A stretch of 64,000 nucleotides of DNA from a virus (lineage: Duplodnaviria > Heunggongvirae > Uroviricota > Caudoviricetes). Position 1 is the stretch's first letter. Each line of letters opens with the position of its first letter. The stretch lies in IMG/VR virus record IMGVR_UViG_2565956624_000008. The stretch is one strand, 5' to 3'. The notes below the pieces were generated by a model that searched no databases, was not told where the DNA came from, and was given only the letters and a program-made list of their open reading frames with translations. This document shows, in pieces, positions 42,407 to 55,480 of the stretch. The translations under genes and the position numbers were made by a program.

Positions 42407-45400
42407 TTATGCGTATTGTTGGATGACGGCCAGAACGTCCGCCACGTTGTGTTTTGTCTCGATAATCCACCAGTTACCCGGGAAATCGCTGTTCTTCGCC
42501 TTCGCTGGCAGCCAGCGAGCGCCGAATTTCGCCTTGATTGCGTCTTTCGCACGGAAAAGAACGCCTTTCATGCCTGAGGCTTCCTGAAGCCCAAATACCT
42601 CGCCAGCGGCGAATTTTGGTGCGTACATCATCTTCAGGTCGGCGGTGGATACGCGATAATTCAGACCAAGAGACTGAGCTATGCTGGTGGCATCACCCTG
42701 TATTGATGATAACTCTTCTTGTTTCTCGTTTCTGGCGGCAATTTCTTCCTCCGTGATGTTGCCAAGGGCCAGGTTTATCCGATCAGCGTCGGCCTGTTTC
42801 TCTTCATCGGTGCGCCCGGCAAGAACCGTGTTAATTCTCTGCAATATCTCCACATGATTCTTACGCATGCTGAGCAATTCCGGCGTAACTTCGTTAAGAT
42901 CCACCAGCCCAAGGATGGCAAGGTCGGAAAACATTGATACCAGGTTGTAGGTCATGCGATAGCTGAGTTGGCCATAGGCTGATGGCAACTGCACCGCATC
43001 CATTTTATAGGCATCCATAAATTTAGAGCCGTCGTTTACGACATCCGCAATTGCCGGTGTGATTTTTCCTGTGGTGGCGGCCTCCCTGATTGCTGTTACC
43101 CACGATTGAGTCAGCGCGGAAACTGCATGATTCAGATTGGCTTTGCGTTCTGCTGCAATGCGCGCGCTTGCAGCGTCCATTGACTGTTTGATCTCGTCTT
43201 TATTGCTGTAAATGCCAATGGTGCCAAACTGTGCTGTGGTGATCTCATAATCTGACGCCCGGAACTCATTGGTACCGAAAATGGCATTGGTGACTTCAAG
43301 TTCAGAATCCCCGTTACGAGTAGCCCCCTGGCTTGTTTTTTCCGGCATTCTGGCGATCGCATCCGCTATTTTCTCCTGAATTGCTTCAGGGGATAGCGTA
43401 TCTCCGTATGACGCGATTACATCGCCATAATTGGAGCCAAACAGTTCAACCAGGAATGTTTCTGCCGAACGGATCTGGCGGTTATTCCCTTCCGACATCA
43501 TACCAAGCACCCATTTTGCAATTGACGACTTCAGCGCGCCGTCACGGCGATCCGGGTAAACCGCATGCTTCAGTGGGTCCGTATAGGTACCAACAAAATC
43601 AATGCTATAGCCTGACTCTGTAGTCTGAACGCCGTATGAGTCAGTGATTTTGATCATGCCGCGCTGCTGGAAACGGTAGAAATCGTCACAGGAAATGATG
43701 TCGTTAATCCCGGCGATGGAGACGCCGCCACTGATTTTCTGCATAACAGCATCTTCATCGGGAGTTACATCAACCTGTTTATCCAGCGTCTTCACATCCC
43801 AGTTACCCGATTTGGTGCCTTTGAAGGTAAAGATGATCTCCACGTCTGCGCGGTGGCTGTCGAAGTCCAGCGACTTAATGCGAACGATATCACCGGCACA
43901 ATCGTAGTATTGGCCTACACGCCATGAGCGATCGCCGATAACAAGGAACTCATTCGCATGGTTAACCAGATCAGGATCAACATCCAGAATGCCTTTATTT
44001 ATTGCATCCTCCACCAGCGGGCGCAGGCGTTTGATATCCGTCGCGGCCTTCTGAGTACGGTTCAATAATTTCTCATAGCGGGAGATGGCCTGAGAGATAT
44101 TAGCCTTGCGCTGAATGGCGCTTTTCAACGACGCGCGATACTGTGCTAACAACGTACGGTCTGTGTGATGGACGCTACCCCAGCGGGCCTTCCAGTCTGC
44201 GTTATCAGCTGCTTTGGCCATTACCGCCTGTTTGAATTTAGCTACCTCGGCGGTGGTCTTTTCAAGTTCCGCTTTGCTTCGCTCTAATTCAGCGGTAAGT
44301 ACCTCCACATCCTCGCCAGCTGCGTGCTGCGCCTTGATGTAGTTCTGAAGGTCGATAGTAGCCTGTTCTTTCTGGCGAGCGCGTTGCGCGGCTTTCGCCT
44401 TATCCATTTGAACCTGCATCATTGCCAGACGTTCGCCATCATCCTTAGCGGTATACATCTGCATTTCGATCATATCGTTGGCGTCGGCGTTCTCCATTTC
44501 AGACTTATCTGAGCGGAGGATATCGGAGATCCAGCCTGCTTTACGCTTCAGCGTCTTCAGTCGGTATTCATCGAAAGAACCCTTGCCGCAGTAGTAGTGA
44601 ACGCGAACGCTTGCACGGTTGGAGCCAACTCGTGCACCGCGACCGTTACGTTGTGCGATACTGGCTGGTGTCCACGGCAACGTCAGGTGGTGGATATCCG
44701 TCGTTCCTCGATGCAGGTTGATACCCACCTCTGCCTTTTTGTTGCAGATGATGATCGGAGTCCGGCCCTCCTGGAAGTCGGCTGCAATCTTTTCCAGACC
44801 GCCCAACGACATTTCATTTTGCTGCGCGATATAGGCGTCATACAGAGCCATTTGCTCGTTGTATCTCGCTATCTGTGCATCTGTTGGTTCATCCGGTAGC
44901 TCTTTCGGCGGTTTAACCGCTTTCAGTTTCTTACCGGTTTTACCTGCCTCGGCAACCGTCTGAGCATTCAGGATCCCCACCTTTGAAGGTTCAAGGTTAA
45001 GAGCATTGCAGATAATGCGCTTGAGCTTCTGGTGTTGCGTTTTTTCATCGGTGAAGATGATTTGCTTACCTTCCGGGAAAAACTCCTTCAGCGTGGCAAT
45101 CAGCTTCGCGTATTTGGGCGTAACGGGGTGAGTTACGGTCTGTTCGTCAATGCCAAACCTGGCCAGGCGCTTATTCACTTCCTGCTCGAACGCTTCCGGA
45201 ACCTGCAACTGAATAAACTCGCCCTTATCTATCAGGGAGTATTGCGATTGCTGCGTGATTGAATCATCACTGTCGTCGTCTTCGCTGGTGGCTTGTTTAG
45301 GCAAACTGTCCGCCAGCTGCTGCACCGCATCGGCGTACTCCGGCAGGAAACGATAGGTGATCCGGCGATAGTACAGGTCCATGTCAGTACATACGCGGTC

Positions 45401-48400
45401 CATATCCCTGATTATTGAGAAGATCGGACGGGCTTTCTCGTGCTCAATCACGCCGTCTTCATTGACCGAGGTCGTTACGCCATTGTTGGCTTTGGCCGCC
45501 GCTTCCGCCTGCTGACGTAATTCTTCATACGCCGCCAGTTGTTCTTCAGTAAGTGGTGCATCCTGCTGGTGCTCGTCCAGTTCCGGGATCTCCACGGTAT
45601 CCTTAACGTCTTCCGCCGTTTTAAGCGTTGTCCAGCGATGGAATATGCCGCGCAGCGCATCAAGGTTTTCAAAGCCCACCAGCGCCATTTTTTCTTCAAC
45701 TTCACCGCTGATTTTCTGTACCGTTTCCAGCCTGGTCTTGCCGAAGAATTTAACGAAGTCATCAGGACCGTAGATCCCCATCTTCTGCCAGTATTCCTTC
45801 GGCAGCACATGAGAAAGCATGTTGTATGCATCGATCGGGGTGTTAACGACTGGCGTTGCAGTCAGGAGAACCGGTCCGCGCCCACCATTCTTTTTCATCA
45901 GGTACGCGTTTTTAATTGCCATATCCCGCGCCGATTGCGCCACCGCGCTGGTGGGCAGATAGGCCAGTTGTGACGCTTCGCGACCATTTTTATAGCTATT
46001 GCGGTAGTTGTGACCTTCGTCAGCGATCACACTATCGAAGCCCATATCCTCAAAGTACGGATACTTCTCTGCTTTTTCGGTGCCGGTATCTGAATACTCC
46101 GACAATACCCGGCGACGCGCGGCCTCTTTGCGGTGGGAGTCGGAGTCCATTGCGCTGGCTACGCGCCCGGCGGCAACGAAGTCATAAAGCATATCCTGTG
46201 CATGCTCATCTACGGTGTCATCACGTAGCGGAATGCGGGCGTATTGTTCTTTGGTAAACACGACTGCACGGTAATTTGAGTGCGGGATCGCGTTCATCCG
46301 CGCCGTGATAGTGGCTTCATCTGCCAGTTTTAGGGCATCGCGCATAACTGGAGTGCCATCAGTACCAAGAACAGGTTTACCGTTCTCATCGAGCACCGGC
46401 ACCTGGCGAATCTGATCGCCATCCATCAGCACATCAAGACCGACGAACAGGTAGTTACTGAATGCCTCTTCACTCAGGAATTCTTTTGCTTCGTAATACC
46501 AGTTTTCCAGCACTGATTTAGGCACTACATACGCAGTACGGGTGGAGCGACCGTTCTCATAGTTGAACGCTTCAAGCGCCAGCGCGGTCGTAGTTTTACC
46601 CAGCCCGGTGCCGAAGCCCAGGATGCCGCGCCCATCTTCGGACAGTCGGCGCACTTCGCTATTCTGGTAATCAAATGGCTGGCGCTTACCGCTTAATCCC
46701 TTCAACCCAAGCGGATCGCCAGAGTGTTCATACGGGATATTGCTATTGAACACATCGTTGTATTTGGCAACCAGTTCATCGTAGCGATCGTGCGTCTTGA
46801 TCCACTTATTGAACTGGTCCTCAAGCAGTGCCATCTGCTCGCGGTAGCCGTTCGCCGTCGCGCTATCTTTGCCACCGATACGCGCACCATTGAGATACTT
46901 TTCCAGCTGTGCCGGGAACCCGGTCGCGTTTTCACCTGATTTACGGTCCCACTCGTAGCGGATCTCGCCTGTTTCTTTATCCTTGCGCTGGACGACACCG
47001 TATCGGTGCCCGACGAACAGACCATCACCACCGTGATAGGTGTCAGAAACCATTTCGTCGCCTTCCAGCTGCACTGACTGCACATAGCGAAGATCCGGAT
47101 AGCCGTTTTCCTGCAAAAATTCCAGAATGACGGAACGGTCGAACCAACGGCTATTGAGCTTAAAGCGGATATTCTCTGCTGGCGTCTTGATGCGCTTCTC
47201 TTCGATCGCTGCCAGCTGATTAAGGACGTTGTTCTTTACTGGACCGTCGGGGAGTGTGGCAAGGAATTCCTGTTTTGGTGCCACTATCTCGTTAATGTCG
47301 CCGCTGGTGGCGCGGGCGAACGGAACAATCCCGCCATACGGTGAAACCGCAATGCCAGGGGTGCTGGCCAATAAATTAAGCAACTCGTCATCACTGGCTG
47401 GCAGTTCGCCGGTAAACGCAAGGCGGAAATCATCGAGCTGGATTGGATCGCGAGTGAGATCACTGTAGAGATAACGCAGGGTGTCCTGATAGCTGGTGGA
47501 GTCATAACTGGCGCTGGAATCATGCGTAACCAGTTTTCCTGTCAGCTCGTCAGAAATAGTGCCATCCAGCTTAATTGCACCACGGAAAGCAAACCAGGCG
47601 CGCGCACCGCTCCCCGATAATTTCGCTATCGGACCGCGACCGGGGTTACCAAAACGGTCAATCTCTGCCTGCAAACGGGATACCAGAGAAAGGCGCTGCT
47701 GTTCGATTTGTTCAGCACTATGCCCGGCGGCCTTCATGTCCTGATATTCAATTAACATCCGGCCAATCATCGCCCCGCGATACAAGCGTTCACGGTATTT
47801 TTCAGGCTGGCTGTTAATCCAGTCCACCAGCTGCACCATATCGTCGCTGATTGATGTGGTGTACTTATCGCGGACATTTGCCATCTGGGTAAATGTCATA
47901 CCGAGACGGCCTTCTGTTGTAGTCAGGTTACGCTGAAGAGCCTCCCAGCTGTCCGCGCCATAACTGGCAACATCAATCTTCAGCTCCTTCCCTGCATCAG
48001 ATTCAATCCAGCGACCACCAGCATATTTTTGCCATACGCCATTAATCAGGCGCATTTCCCCTTCATCAACAACGTCTGCGGTCGGTGACGGTTCAGCCAT
48101 ATTGAGCAAAGACCAGTCGATACGACTTTCGAAACGATGAATCAGCTTCGCTTTAAGAGCCTGGTTATCAATCTGCCCGTCGGCACGAACCTCAATACGC
48201 CCCTGGAATCCCTTCTCCTGGGTGCCATGAACAAACCGGCGGCCGTCCTTTTCAAACCACTTGCCAGAAATAAACGTTGGCCAAAGCACATTTGCCGATT
48301 CAAGAGTGCCTTCATCCACCAGGGGGATTTTCTCAGCCATCTCTGCCGGATGTTTGCGCATCAGCACCACATCAACGACTGTACTGGTCCCGTTTGCGTC

Positions 48401-49174
48401 AAAAGTACCGGTAGGCAAGCGGTGAGCGCCAAGAAATTCAGCTTTCCGTGATAGGCGCAGGCGTAACCGCTTCATGTTTGAACCTGAAACAATGGACGGC
48501 GGCACAATCACGCACATGAATCCGCCTGGCTTTATCTTGTCCAGCATGCGGAGCATGAAGTAAGAACCCATGTCCGTTTCTTCTGCGTAAGGCTTATCGA
48601 TGTTGCGTGTGTTATCACGACCACCGAACGGAACGTTACCCACAACATGGTCGAATGAATCGTTAGGCGTGCTTACAGCCAGCTGTTCGAACGGGGAAAT
48701 CTGTACGCTGTCTTCCGGGTGTAACAGCTGGTTTATACGACCGGAAACACTGCTGATCTCAGTCGCAGTCATCACCGTACCAACCGGTTTTGTCTCATTA
48801 AAAACGCCGGTGCCCGCCGATGGTTCCAGAGTGTTACCTACGTCCGCGCCGTAGAGCTTCATGATCTCCCAGACACCTTCAGCGATCGGCTTTGGTGTGT
48901 AATATTCGGAGACGGACCCGCCAATGCCGCCTTCACCGGTGTACCCAGCCAGGATCTGGCGCTGTTCATCTGTCAGTGTCGCGCCGTCCACCAGCGAATT
49001 AAGCAAATCTATCGCCTTCTGATTCGCCTCCCGGCGCAGTCGGTCATAGCTTTTGCCTTCCACCTTTTCCACGCCGTATTTAATCGGCGCTCGGTGAGAT
49101 GTTATTGCCCTAATGTATTTCAATATTTCGCTGACACTTGAACAGCGAAACACCCCCATAGATAGCTTGTTCAT
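42407..49174 (-). CDS. darB: DarB-like antirestriction protein: N-terminal N6-adenine methyltransferase domain fused to DExH helicase, 2255 aa
   Basis: LEPSAGTGVF and GNVPFGG MTase motifs; GFGTGLGKTTTA and VIADEGHNYRN helicase motifs; length matches P1 DarB. Confidence 0.9.
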   Translation of the reverse strand: MNKLSMGVFRCSSVSEILKYIRAITSHRAPIKYGVEKVEGKSYDRLRREANQKAIDLLNSLVDGATLTDEQRQILAGYTGEGGIGGSVSEYYTPKPIAEGVWEIMKLYGADVGNTLEPSAGTGVFNETKPVGTVMTATEISSVSGRINQLLHPEDSVQISPFEQLAVSTPNDSFDHVVGNVPFGGRDNTRNIDKPYAEETDMGSYFMLRMLDKIKPGGFMCVIVPPSIVSGSNMKRLRLRLSRKAEFLGAHRLPTGTFDANGTSTVVDVVLMRKHPAEMAEKIPLVDEGTLESANVLWPTFISGKWFEKDGRRFVHGTQEKGFQGRIEVRADGQIDNQALKAKLIHRFESRIDWSLLNMAEPSPTADVVDEGEMRLINGVWQKYAGGRWIESDAGKELKIDVASYGADSWEALQRNLTTTEGRLGMTFTQMANVRDKYTTSISDDMVQLVDWINSQPEKYRERLYRGAMIGRMLIEYQDMKAAGHSAEQIEQQRLSLVSRLQAEIDRFGNPGRGPIAKLSGSGARAWFAFRGAIKLDGTISDELTGKLVTHDSSASYDSTSYQDTLRYLYSDLTRDPIQLDDFRLAFTGELPASDDELLNLLASTPGIAVSPYGGIVPFARATSGDINEIVAPKQEFLATLPDGPVKNNVLNQLAAIEEKRIKTPAENIRFKLNSRWFDRSVILEFLQENGYPDLRYVQSVQLEGDEMVSDTYHGGDGLFVGHRYGVVQRKDKETGEIRYEWDRKSGENATGFPAQLEKYLNGARIGGKDSATANGYREQMALLEDQFNKWIKTHDRYDELVAKYNDVFNSNIPYEHSGDPLGLKGLSGKRQPFDYQNSEVRRLSEDGRGILGFGTGLGKTTTALALEAFNYENGRSTRTAYVVPKSVLENWYYEAKEFLSEEAFSNYLFVGLDVLMDGDQIRQVPVLDENGKPVLGTDGTPVMRDALKLADEATITARMNAIPHSNYRAVVFTKEQYARIPLRDDTVDEHAQDMLYDFVAAGRVASAMDSDSHRKEAARRRVLSEYSDTGTEKAEKYPYFEDMGFDSVIADEGHNYRNSYKNGREASQLAYLPTSAVAQSARDMAIKNAYLMKKNGGRGPVLLTATPVVNTPIDAYNMLSHVLPKEYWQKMGIYGPDDFVKFFGKTRLETVQKISGEVEEKMALVGFENLDALRGIFHRWTTLKTAEDVKDTVEIPELDEHQQDAPLTEEQLAAYEELRQQAEAAAKANNGVTTSVNEDGVIEHEKARPIFSIIRDMDRVCTDMDLYYRRITYRFLPEYADAVQQLADSLPKQATSEDDDSDDSITQQSQYSLIDKGEFIQLQVPEAFEQEVNKRLARFGIDEQTVTHPVTPKYAKLIATLKEFFPEGKQIIFTDEKTQHQKLKRIICNALNLEPSKVGILNAQTVAEAGKTGKKLKAVKPPKELPDEPTDAQIARYNEQMALYDAYIAQQNEMSLGGLEKIAADFQEGRTPIIICNKKAEVGINLHRGTTDIHHLTLPWTPASIAQRNGRGARVGSNRASVRVHYYCGKGSFDEYRLKTLKRKAGWISDILRSDKSEMENADANDMIEMQMYTAKDDGERLAMMQVQMDKAKAAQRARQKEQATIDLQNYIKAQHAAGEDVEVLTAELERSKAELEKTTAEVAKFKQAVMAKAADNADWKARWGSVHHTDRTLLAQYRASLKSAIQRKANISQAISRYEKLLNRTQKAATDIKRLRPLVEDAINKGILDVDPDLVNHANEFLVIGDRSWRVGQYYDCAGDIVRIKSLDFDSHRADVEIIFTFKGTKSGNWDVKTLDKQVDVTPDEDAVMQKISGGVSIAGINDIISCDDFYRFQQRGMIKITDSYGVQTTESGYSIDFVGTYTDPLKHAVYPDRRDGALKSSIAKWVLGMMSEGNNRQIRSAETFLVELFGSNYGDVIASYGDTLSPEAIQEKIADAIARMPEKTSQGATRNGDSELEVTNAIFGTNEFRASDYEITTAQFGTIGIYSNKDEIKQSMDAASARIAAERKANLNHAVSALTQSWVTAIREAATTGKITPAIADVVNDGSKFMDAYKMDAVQLPSAYGQLSYRMTYNLVSMFSDLAILGLVDLNEVTPELLSMRKNHVEILQRINTVLAGRTDEEKQADADRINLALGNITEEEIAARNEKQEELSSIQGDATSIAQSLGLNYRVSTADLKMMYAPKFAAGEVFGLQEASGMKGVLFRAKDAIKAKFGARWLPAKAKNSDFPGNWWIIETKHNVADVLAVIQQYA

Positions 49175-49240
49175 TGGTAATCCTTAACAAGTGACTAGTG
49201 TTAAATTCCGTTCAAACACGATGTGAATTATTCTAATTAA

Positions 49241-51971
<2,731 letters not shown>

Positions 51972-52262
51972 CCACCAAAAATAACCCCGGCGGCTGCCGG
52001 GGTTCTCGTTAACTATTATCGCCTTCGCCTGCGTGCCATATATTTGCGCACCGCGCGGCGTGGACAATCTGAAGCGGTTTCTTTCTGCTGCATCAATCTT
52101 GCAGCCATGCTCAAAAATGTCAGGCACAGCCGAAGCCCGGCATACAATAGCGGTTCCAGTGGCCACGTCTCATTGAGCACATATACCGCCATGAAAATCG
52201 AGTCGAAAACTATCGCCGCCAACGATAACTTCATTGTCGAAAGTCGGCGGAGCTGCCGGAGT

Positions 52263-52820
52263 TTATTCATTGACCAGTCCCGTCAGGCAAAGCTGGCGTT
52301 CTTTTTCACGGCGAATCTTTAAACCTCGCAGGGGCACGCCGTTACTGTTCACGAAATCAGGGAGATGGTTACACATATTCACCCATTCCCCTTTCTGCGC
52401 CCACTTGTGGATGGACGTTTCTACTCGCATGCCTCGCGCTTTGCTGTAGTAGGTCCGTAAGCTATTGCATCCCATATTGAATGCCGCGCTTGTCATTGCA
52501 CTGAAGGCATTATCGGGCATGTCTTTGCCCCGGAAGTGCTGATTAATACAGCGTTCAGCGATCAGGATATTCTTTTCCCAATCAGCGGCGATTTGCTGGT
52601 CTGTTTTTCGCACACCCGGCGTTACCCCGTGTGTATTACCGATCCCGTCAGTCCATACCCCTGCCGGGCACATGTATGGATCACGTCGGCAACCTTCAGC
52701 GTTACCAATCAGCTCAAGCCCCGCCTGGTTGGTTCGCACATTGCCATTACCCATCACGATGGTAATCATCACCGCGATAGCGCAAATTGCACCGCCTCCT
52801 GCGGCTGTTTTTCCCTTCAT
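52263..52820 (-). CDS. lyz: SAR endolysin (T4-lysozyme family with N-terminal signal-anchor-release domain), 185 aa
   Basis: MKGKTAAGGGAICAIAVMITIVMGNG SAR domain then lysozyme motif; matches P1 Lyz. Confidence 0.9.
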   Translation of the reverse strand: MKGKTAAGGGAICAIAVMITIVMGNGNVRTNQAGLELIGNAEGCRRDPYMCPAGVWTDGIGNTHGVTPGVRKTDQQIAADWEKNILIAERCINQHFRGKDMPDNAFSAMTSAAFNMGCNSLRTYYSKARGMRVETSIHKWAQKGEWVNMCNHLPDFVNSNGVPLRGLKIRREKERQLCLTGLVNE

Positions 52821-52953
52821 AAAGACCTCATAAGCGAATTTTTTACGCTCCAGGACAAACACCCATTCACAGCCAATACCGACTGACTCGATCCCTTTAG
52901 AAGGCACAGGATAATGCAAATCACTTGTTAGCTACGTTTCAAAGATATACATT

Positions 52954-52970
52954 ATTGCTCTAATTATTTT
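52954..52970 (+). promoter_or_regulatory. C1-operator-like site ATTGCTCTAATTATTTT upstream of ssb
   Basis: 15/17 match. Confidence 0.55.
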
Positions 52971-52989
52971 ATTTTATTAGGTAAGAAAA

Positions 52990-53478
52990 GTGGCACAACG
53001 CGGTGTAAACAAAGTCATCCTGATTGGTACCCTGGGGCAAGACCCGGAGATCAGGTATATACCAAATGGCGGCGCGGTCGGAAGACTCAGCATCGCAACG
53101 AATGAATCATGGCGCGACAAGCAAACGGGCCAACAGAAAGAGCAAACAGAATGGCATAAAGTCGTTTTGTTCGGAAAACTTGCTGAAATTGCGAGTGAGT
53201 ATTTACGAAAAGGTTCTCAGGTCTACATCGAAGGGAAACTTAAAACCCGTAAGTGGACAGATGACGCCGGTGTAGAACGTTACACGACGGAAATTATCGT
53301 CAGCCAGGGCGGCACCATGCAAATGATCGGCGCTCGCCGTGACGATTCACAGTCCTCAAATGGCTGGGGGCAATCAAACCAACCTCAAAACCACCAGCAA
53401 TACAGTGGTGGCGGTAAACCTCAGAGCAACGCCAATAACGAACCTCCAATGGACTTTGACGACGATATTCCGTTTTGA
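52990..53478 (+). CDS. ssb: single-stranded DNA-binding protein, 162 aa
   Basis: OB-fold N-terminus like E. coli SSB; Gly/Gln-rich linker; acidic tail MDFDDDIPF. Confidence 0.9.
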   Translation: MAQRGVNKVILIGTLGQDPEIRYIPNGGAVGRLSIATNESWRDKQTGQQKEQTEWHKVVLFGKLAEIASEYLRKGSQVYIEGKLKTRKWTDDAGVERYTTEIIVSQGGTMQMIGARRDDSQSSNGWGQSNQPQNHQQYSGGGKPQSNANNEPPMDFDDDIPF

Positions 53479-53675
53479 ATGTGTAAAAAACGACTGAAAG
53501 AAAAGCGGTGGTCCAGACGCCGACAAAAGCACGAACTCGCAAACAAACGCCAAAGTTGGCAATGGCACGCGCTCTTCACGAAAAGAACACCCCGAGATAT
53601 TGCGTTCGCTGGTGGGAAAACATTCCTGACCCACCTGAAGGCGCAATACATCAGGTTTTAAGCAGAGGAAAGACT

Positions 53676-54353
53676 ATGAATAACATGACAACGAAAGAGC
53701 TTTTGACGGCACTTCCAAAATACAAAAGCCATAAAACAGTTCGCGCCTCAAAAATCAAAGATATCGAAATTATCGCCCTAATGGATGTGGTCCTTTTTTG
53801 CAACATCGAAGTCGTTGAGCCAGAAGGGGTAAAAGTCCATGTTGATAAAATATTTTTGCAAAAACACCGACCAGAAATTGGCGGATATCTGGTCGCTTAT
53901 GAGGACGGATCTCTGTCCTATTCACCAGAAAAAACATTTGAAGAAGGCTTTAGTCGGACTAACGACTTCTTCGAAAATGGGGTATCGCTCAGCATTGAAG
54001 GTCACAATGGGGTGACATTCATTACAGCCAGGGACGTAACTATTTCTGCTGGCGGTATCGCTACTCTACAAGAAGAAATCGACCTTGAAGCAGCCGACTT
54101 TTCTGACGCGCTGATGTGGCTGAAGGATGGCAAGAAAGTTGCCCGACGCGGGTGGAACGGCGAAAACCAATTCTGCTGGCTGGTTCCTGAAGGACAGTAC
54201 CCGGCACGAATGGAAGCCATTAAGGGATATTTCCCCGGCGACCTCGTTCCGTATGGTGCTTATTTCGCCTTAAAAAATGCACAAGGTGTAGTTGTTCCGT
54301 GGGTTCCTTCTGTAGGCGACTTACTGGCATGTGACTGGTTTGTAGTGGAGTGA
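53676..54353 (+). CDS. hypothetical protein with C-terminal DUF2829-like domain, 225 aa (alternative start 53508)
   Basis: GAGGAA RBS before ATG 53676; C-terminal LKDGKKVARRGWNG motif. Confidence 0.5.
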   Translation: MNNMTTKELLTALPKYKSHKTVRASKIKDIEIIALMDVVLFCNIEVVEPEGVKVHVDKIFLQKHRPEIGGYLVAYEDGSLSYSPEKTFEEGFSRTNDFFENGVSLSIEGHNGVTFITARDVTISAGGIATLQEEIDLEAADFSDALMWLKDGKKVARRGWNGENQFCWLVPEGQYPARMEAIKGYFPGDLVPYGAYFALKNAQGVVVPWVPSVGDLLACDWFVVE

Positions 54354-54359
54354 TTTAAC

Positions 54360-55142
54360 GTGGAAAATACTAAAGCAATTCAATACCGCCTGCGTAATGG
54401 TCAGAGTGTCGAAGTGACCATCAATAATGATGGTGTGCCTGGCGAAAAGGTTTCGATCTCTGATCTGGCTATCGAAAAAACCATCATGTGCCACCTTGGC
54501 TTTACTGAAGAAGTGAGCAAAAAGCATGGTGTAGCAATCTGGAGCGCAATGGATACTGGTATGCGCAGATTCATTACTGCTCGTACCCCAGGGATGACCA
54601 TGATGGACCTCATGCAGATTGCGTCGCTGTTTGAATGTGAGCCTTTAGATGTATTCAGCAATCCAGCTATCTGCCAGCAGCTATATGGTGAGATGAAACT
54701 CGCGGTTACCCCCATTGTGCTGCATGAAGGATCGCTTGCTGGCGTGTGGAAAGTGGAGCGTATTTCAAGCTACATGCCTTTCCATGTCAACGGCGTAATC
54801 ACTGGTGAAAATCAACCTGTTTCCGTTATAAAGTCAGACCTCAAGCGCGCAATTCTTGAAGCAAGTTGTCGAGTTGTCGGCCTGGGCAAACAGTCTTATG
54901 TTTCCTTCCCGGCTGGCCCTGAAGGCCCGGCAGAAATTCTGATTATGGATGCCGATCTGCTCTGGCAAATACAGTTTCTGATTGGCAAAAGCATCATCCG
55001 CGCTGAAGAACTCGATCAGTACATTACCTGCACGATGACGGATGAAGTCAAAAGTGTGGCTATAGCCAATGCCCGGAACCTATGTCGTGCTGCATTAACA
55101 GAACTGCAAGAAAACACCACGGAAGAAGTGGAAAGCGATTAA
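54360..55142 (+). CDS. hypothetical protein, 260 aa
   Basis: Intact ORF. Confidence 0.5.
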   Translation: MENTKAIQYRLRNGQSVEVTINNDGVPGEKVSISDLAIEKTIMCHLGFTEEVSKKHGVAIWSAMDTGMRRFITARTPGMTMMDLMQIASLFECEPLDVFSNPAICQQLYGEMKLAVTPIVLHEGSLAGVWKVERISSYMPFHVNGVITGENQPVSVIKSDLKRAILEASCRVVGLGKQSYVSFPAGPEGPAEILIMDADLLWQIQFLIGKSIIRAEELDQYITCTMTDEVKSVAIANARNLCRAALTELQENTTEEVESD

Positions 55143-55171
55143 AAAAAATCCCGCCGAGTGGCGGGATTTCT

Positions 55172-55480
55172 TCAATATACGATCTGGTCAACATGATCAC
55201 CAAAATCATCGTCGTCGTCCTCATCGCCACCATCTACTGCTGGCCAATCAACAAACCAGCCAGCGTAAAGATGCAGCGTTCGGAGAACATCACTTGCGGG
55301 AGCATCAAGGGTGTTAACGAATCCCATATAGCTATTGGGATTTGCCCCAGCTATGGCTTCAGCGATCATGTCCTCGGTAATGTCACCGGAGATAATGCTT
55401 AAACGCCCGGAAACTTCTTCATTATCATCAAATTCGATAATGGCATCTCCACCTAATGGCGCTGCGATTTTAATCTGCAT
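55172..55480 (-). CDS. small acidic protein, 102 aa, last gene of dar operon
   Basis: Asp/Glu-rich C-terminus GGDEDDDDDFGD. Confidence 0.5.
   Translation of the reverse strand: MQIKIAAPLGGDAIIEFDDNEEVSGRLSIISGDITEDMIAEAIAGANPNSYMGFVNTLDAPASDVLRTLHLYAGWFVDWPAVDGGDEDDDDDFGDHVDQIVY

Noticed and set aside
42538-48854. Numerous 60-144 aa ORFs inside the darB coding region on both strands
   Set aside because: They are nested in a 2255-aa gene with clear domain motifs.
53508-53675. Upstream extension of the gene after ssb
   Set aside because: The internal ATG at 53676 has a good GAGGAA RBS while the extension is basic and low-complexity; kept only as an alternative start.
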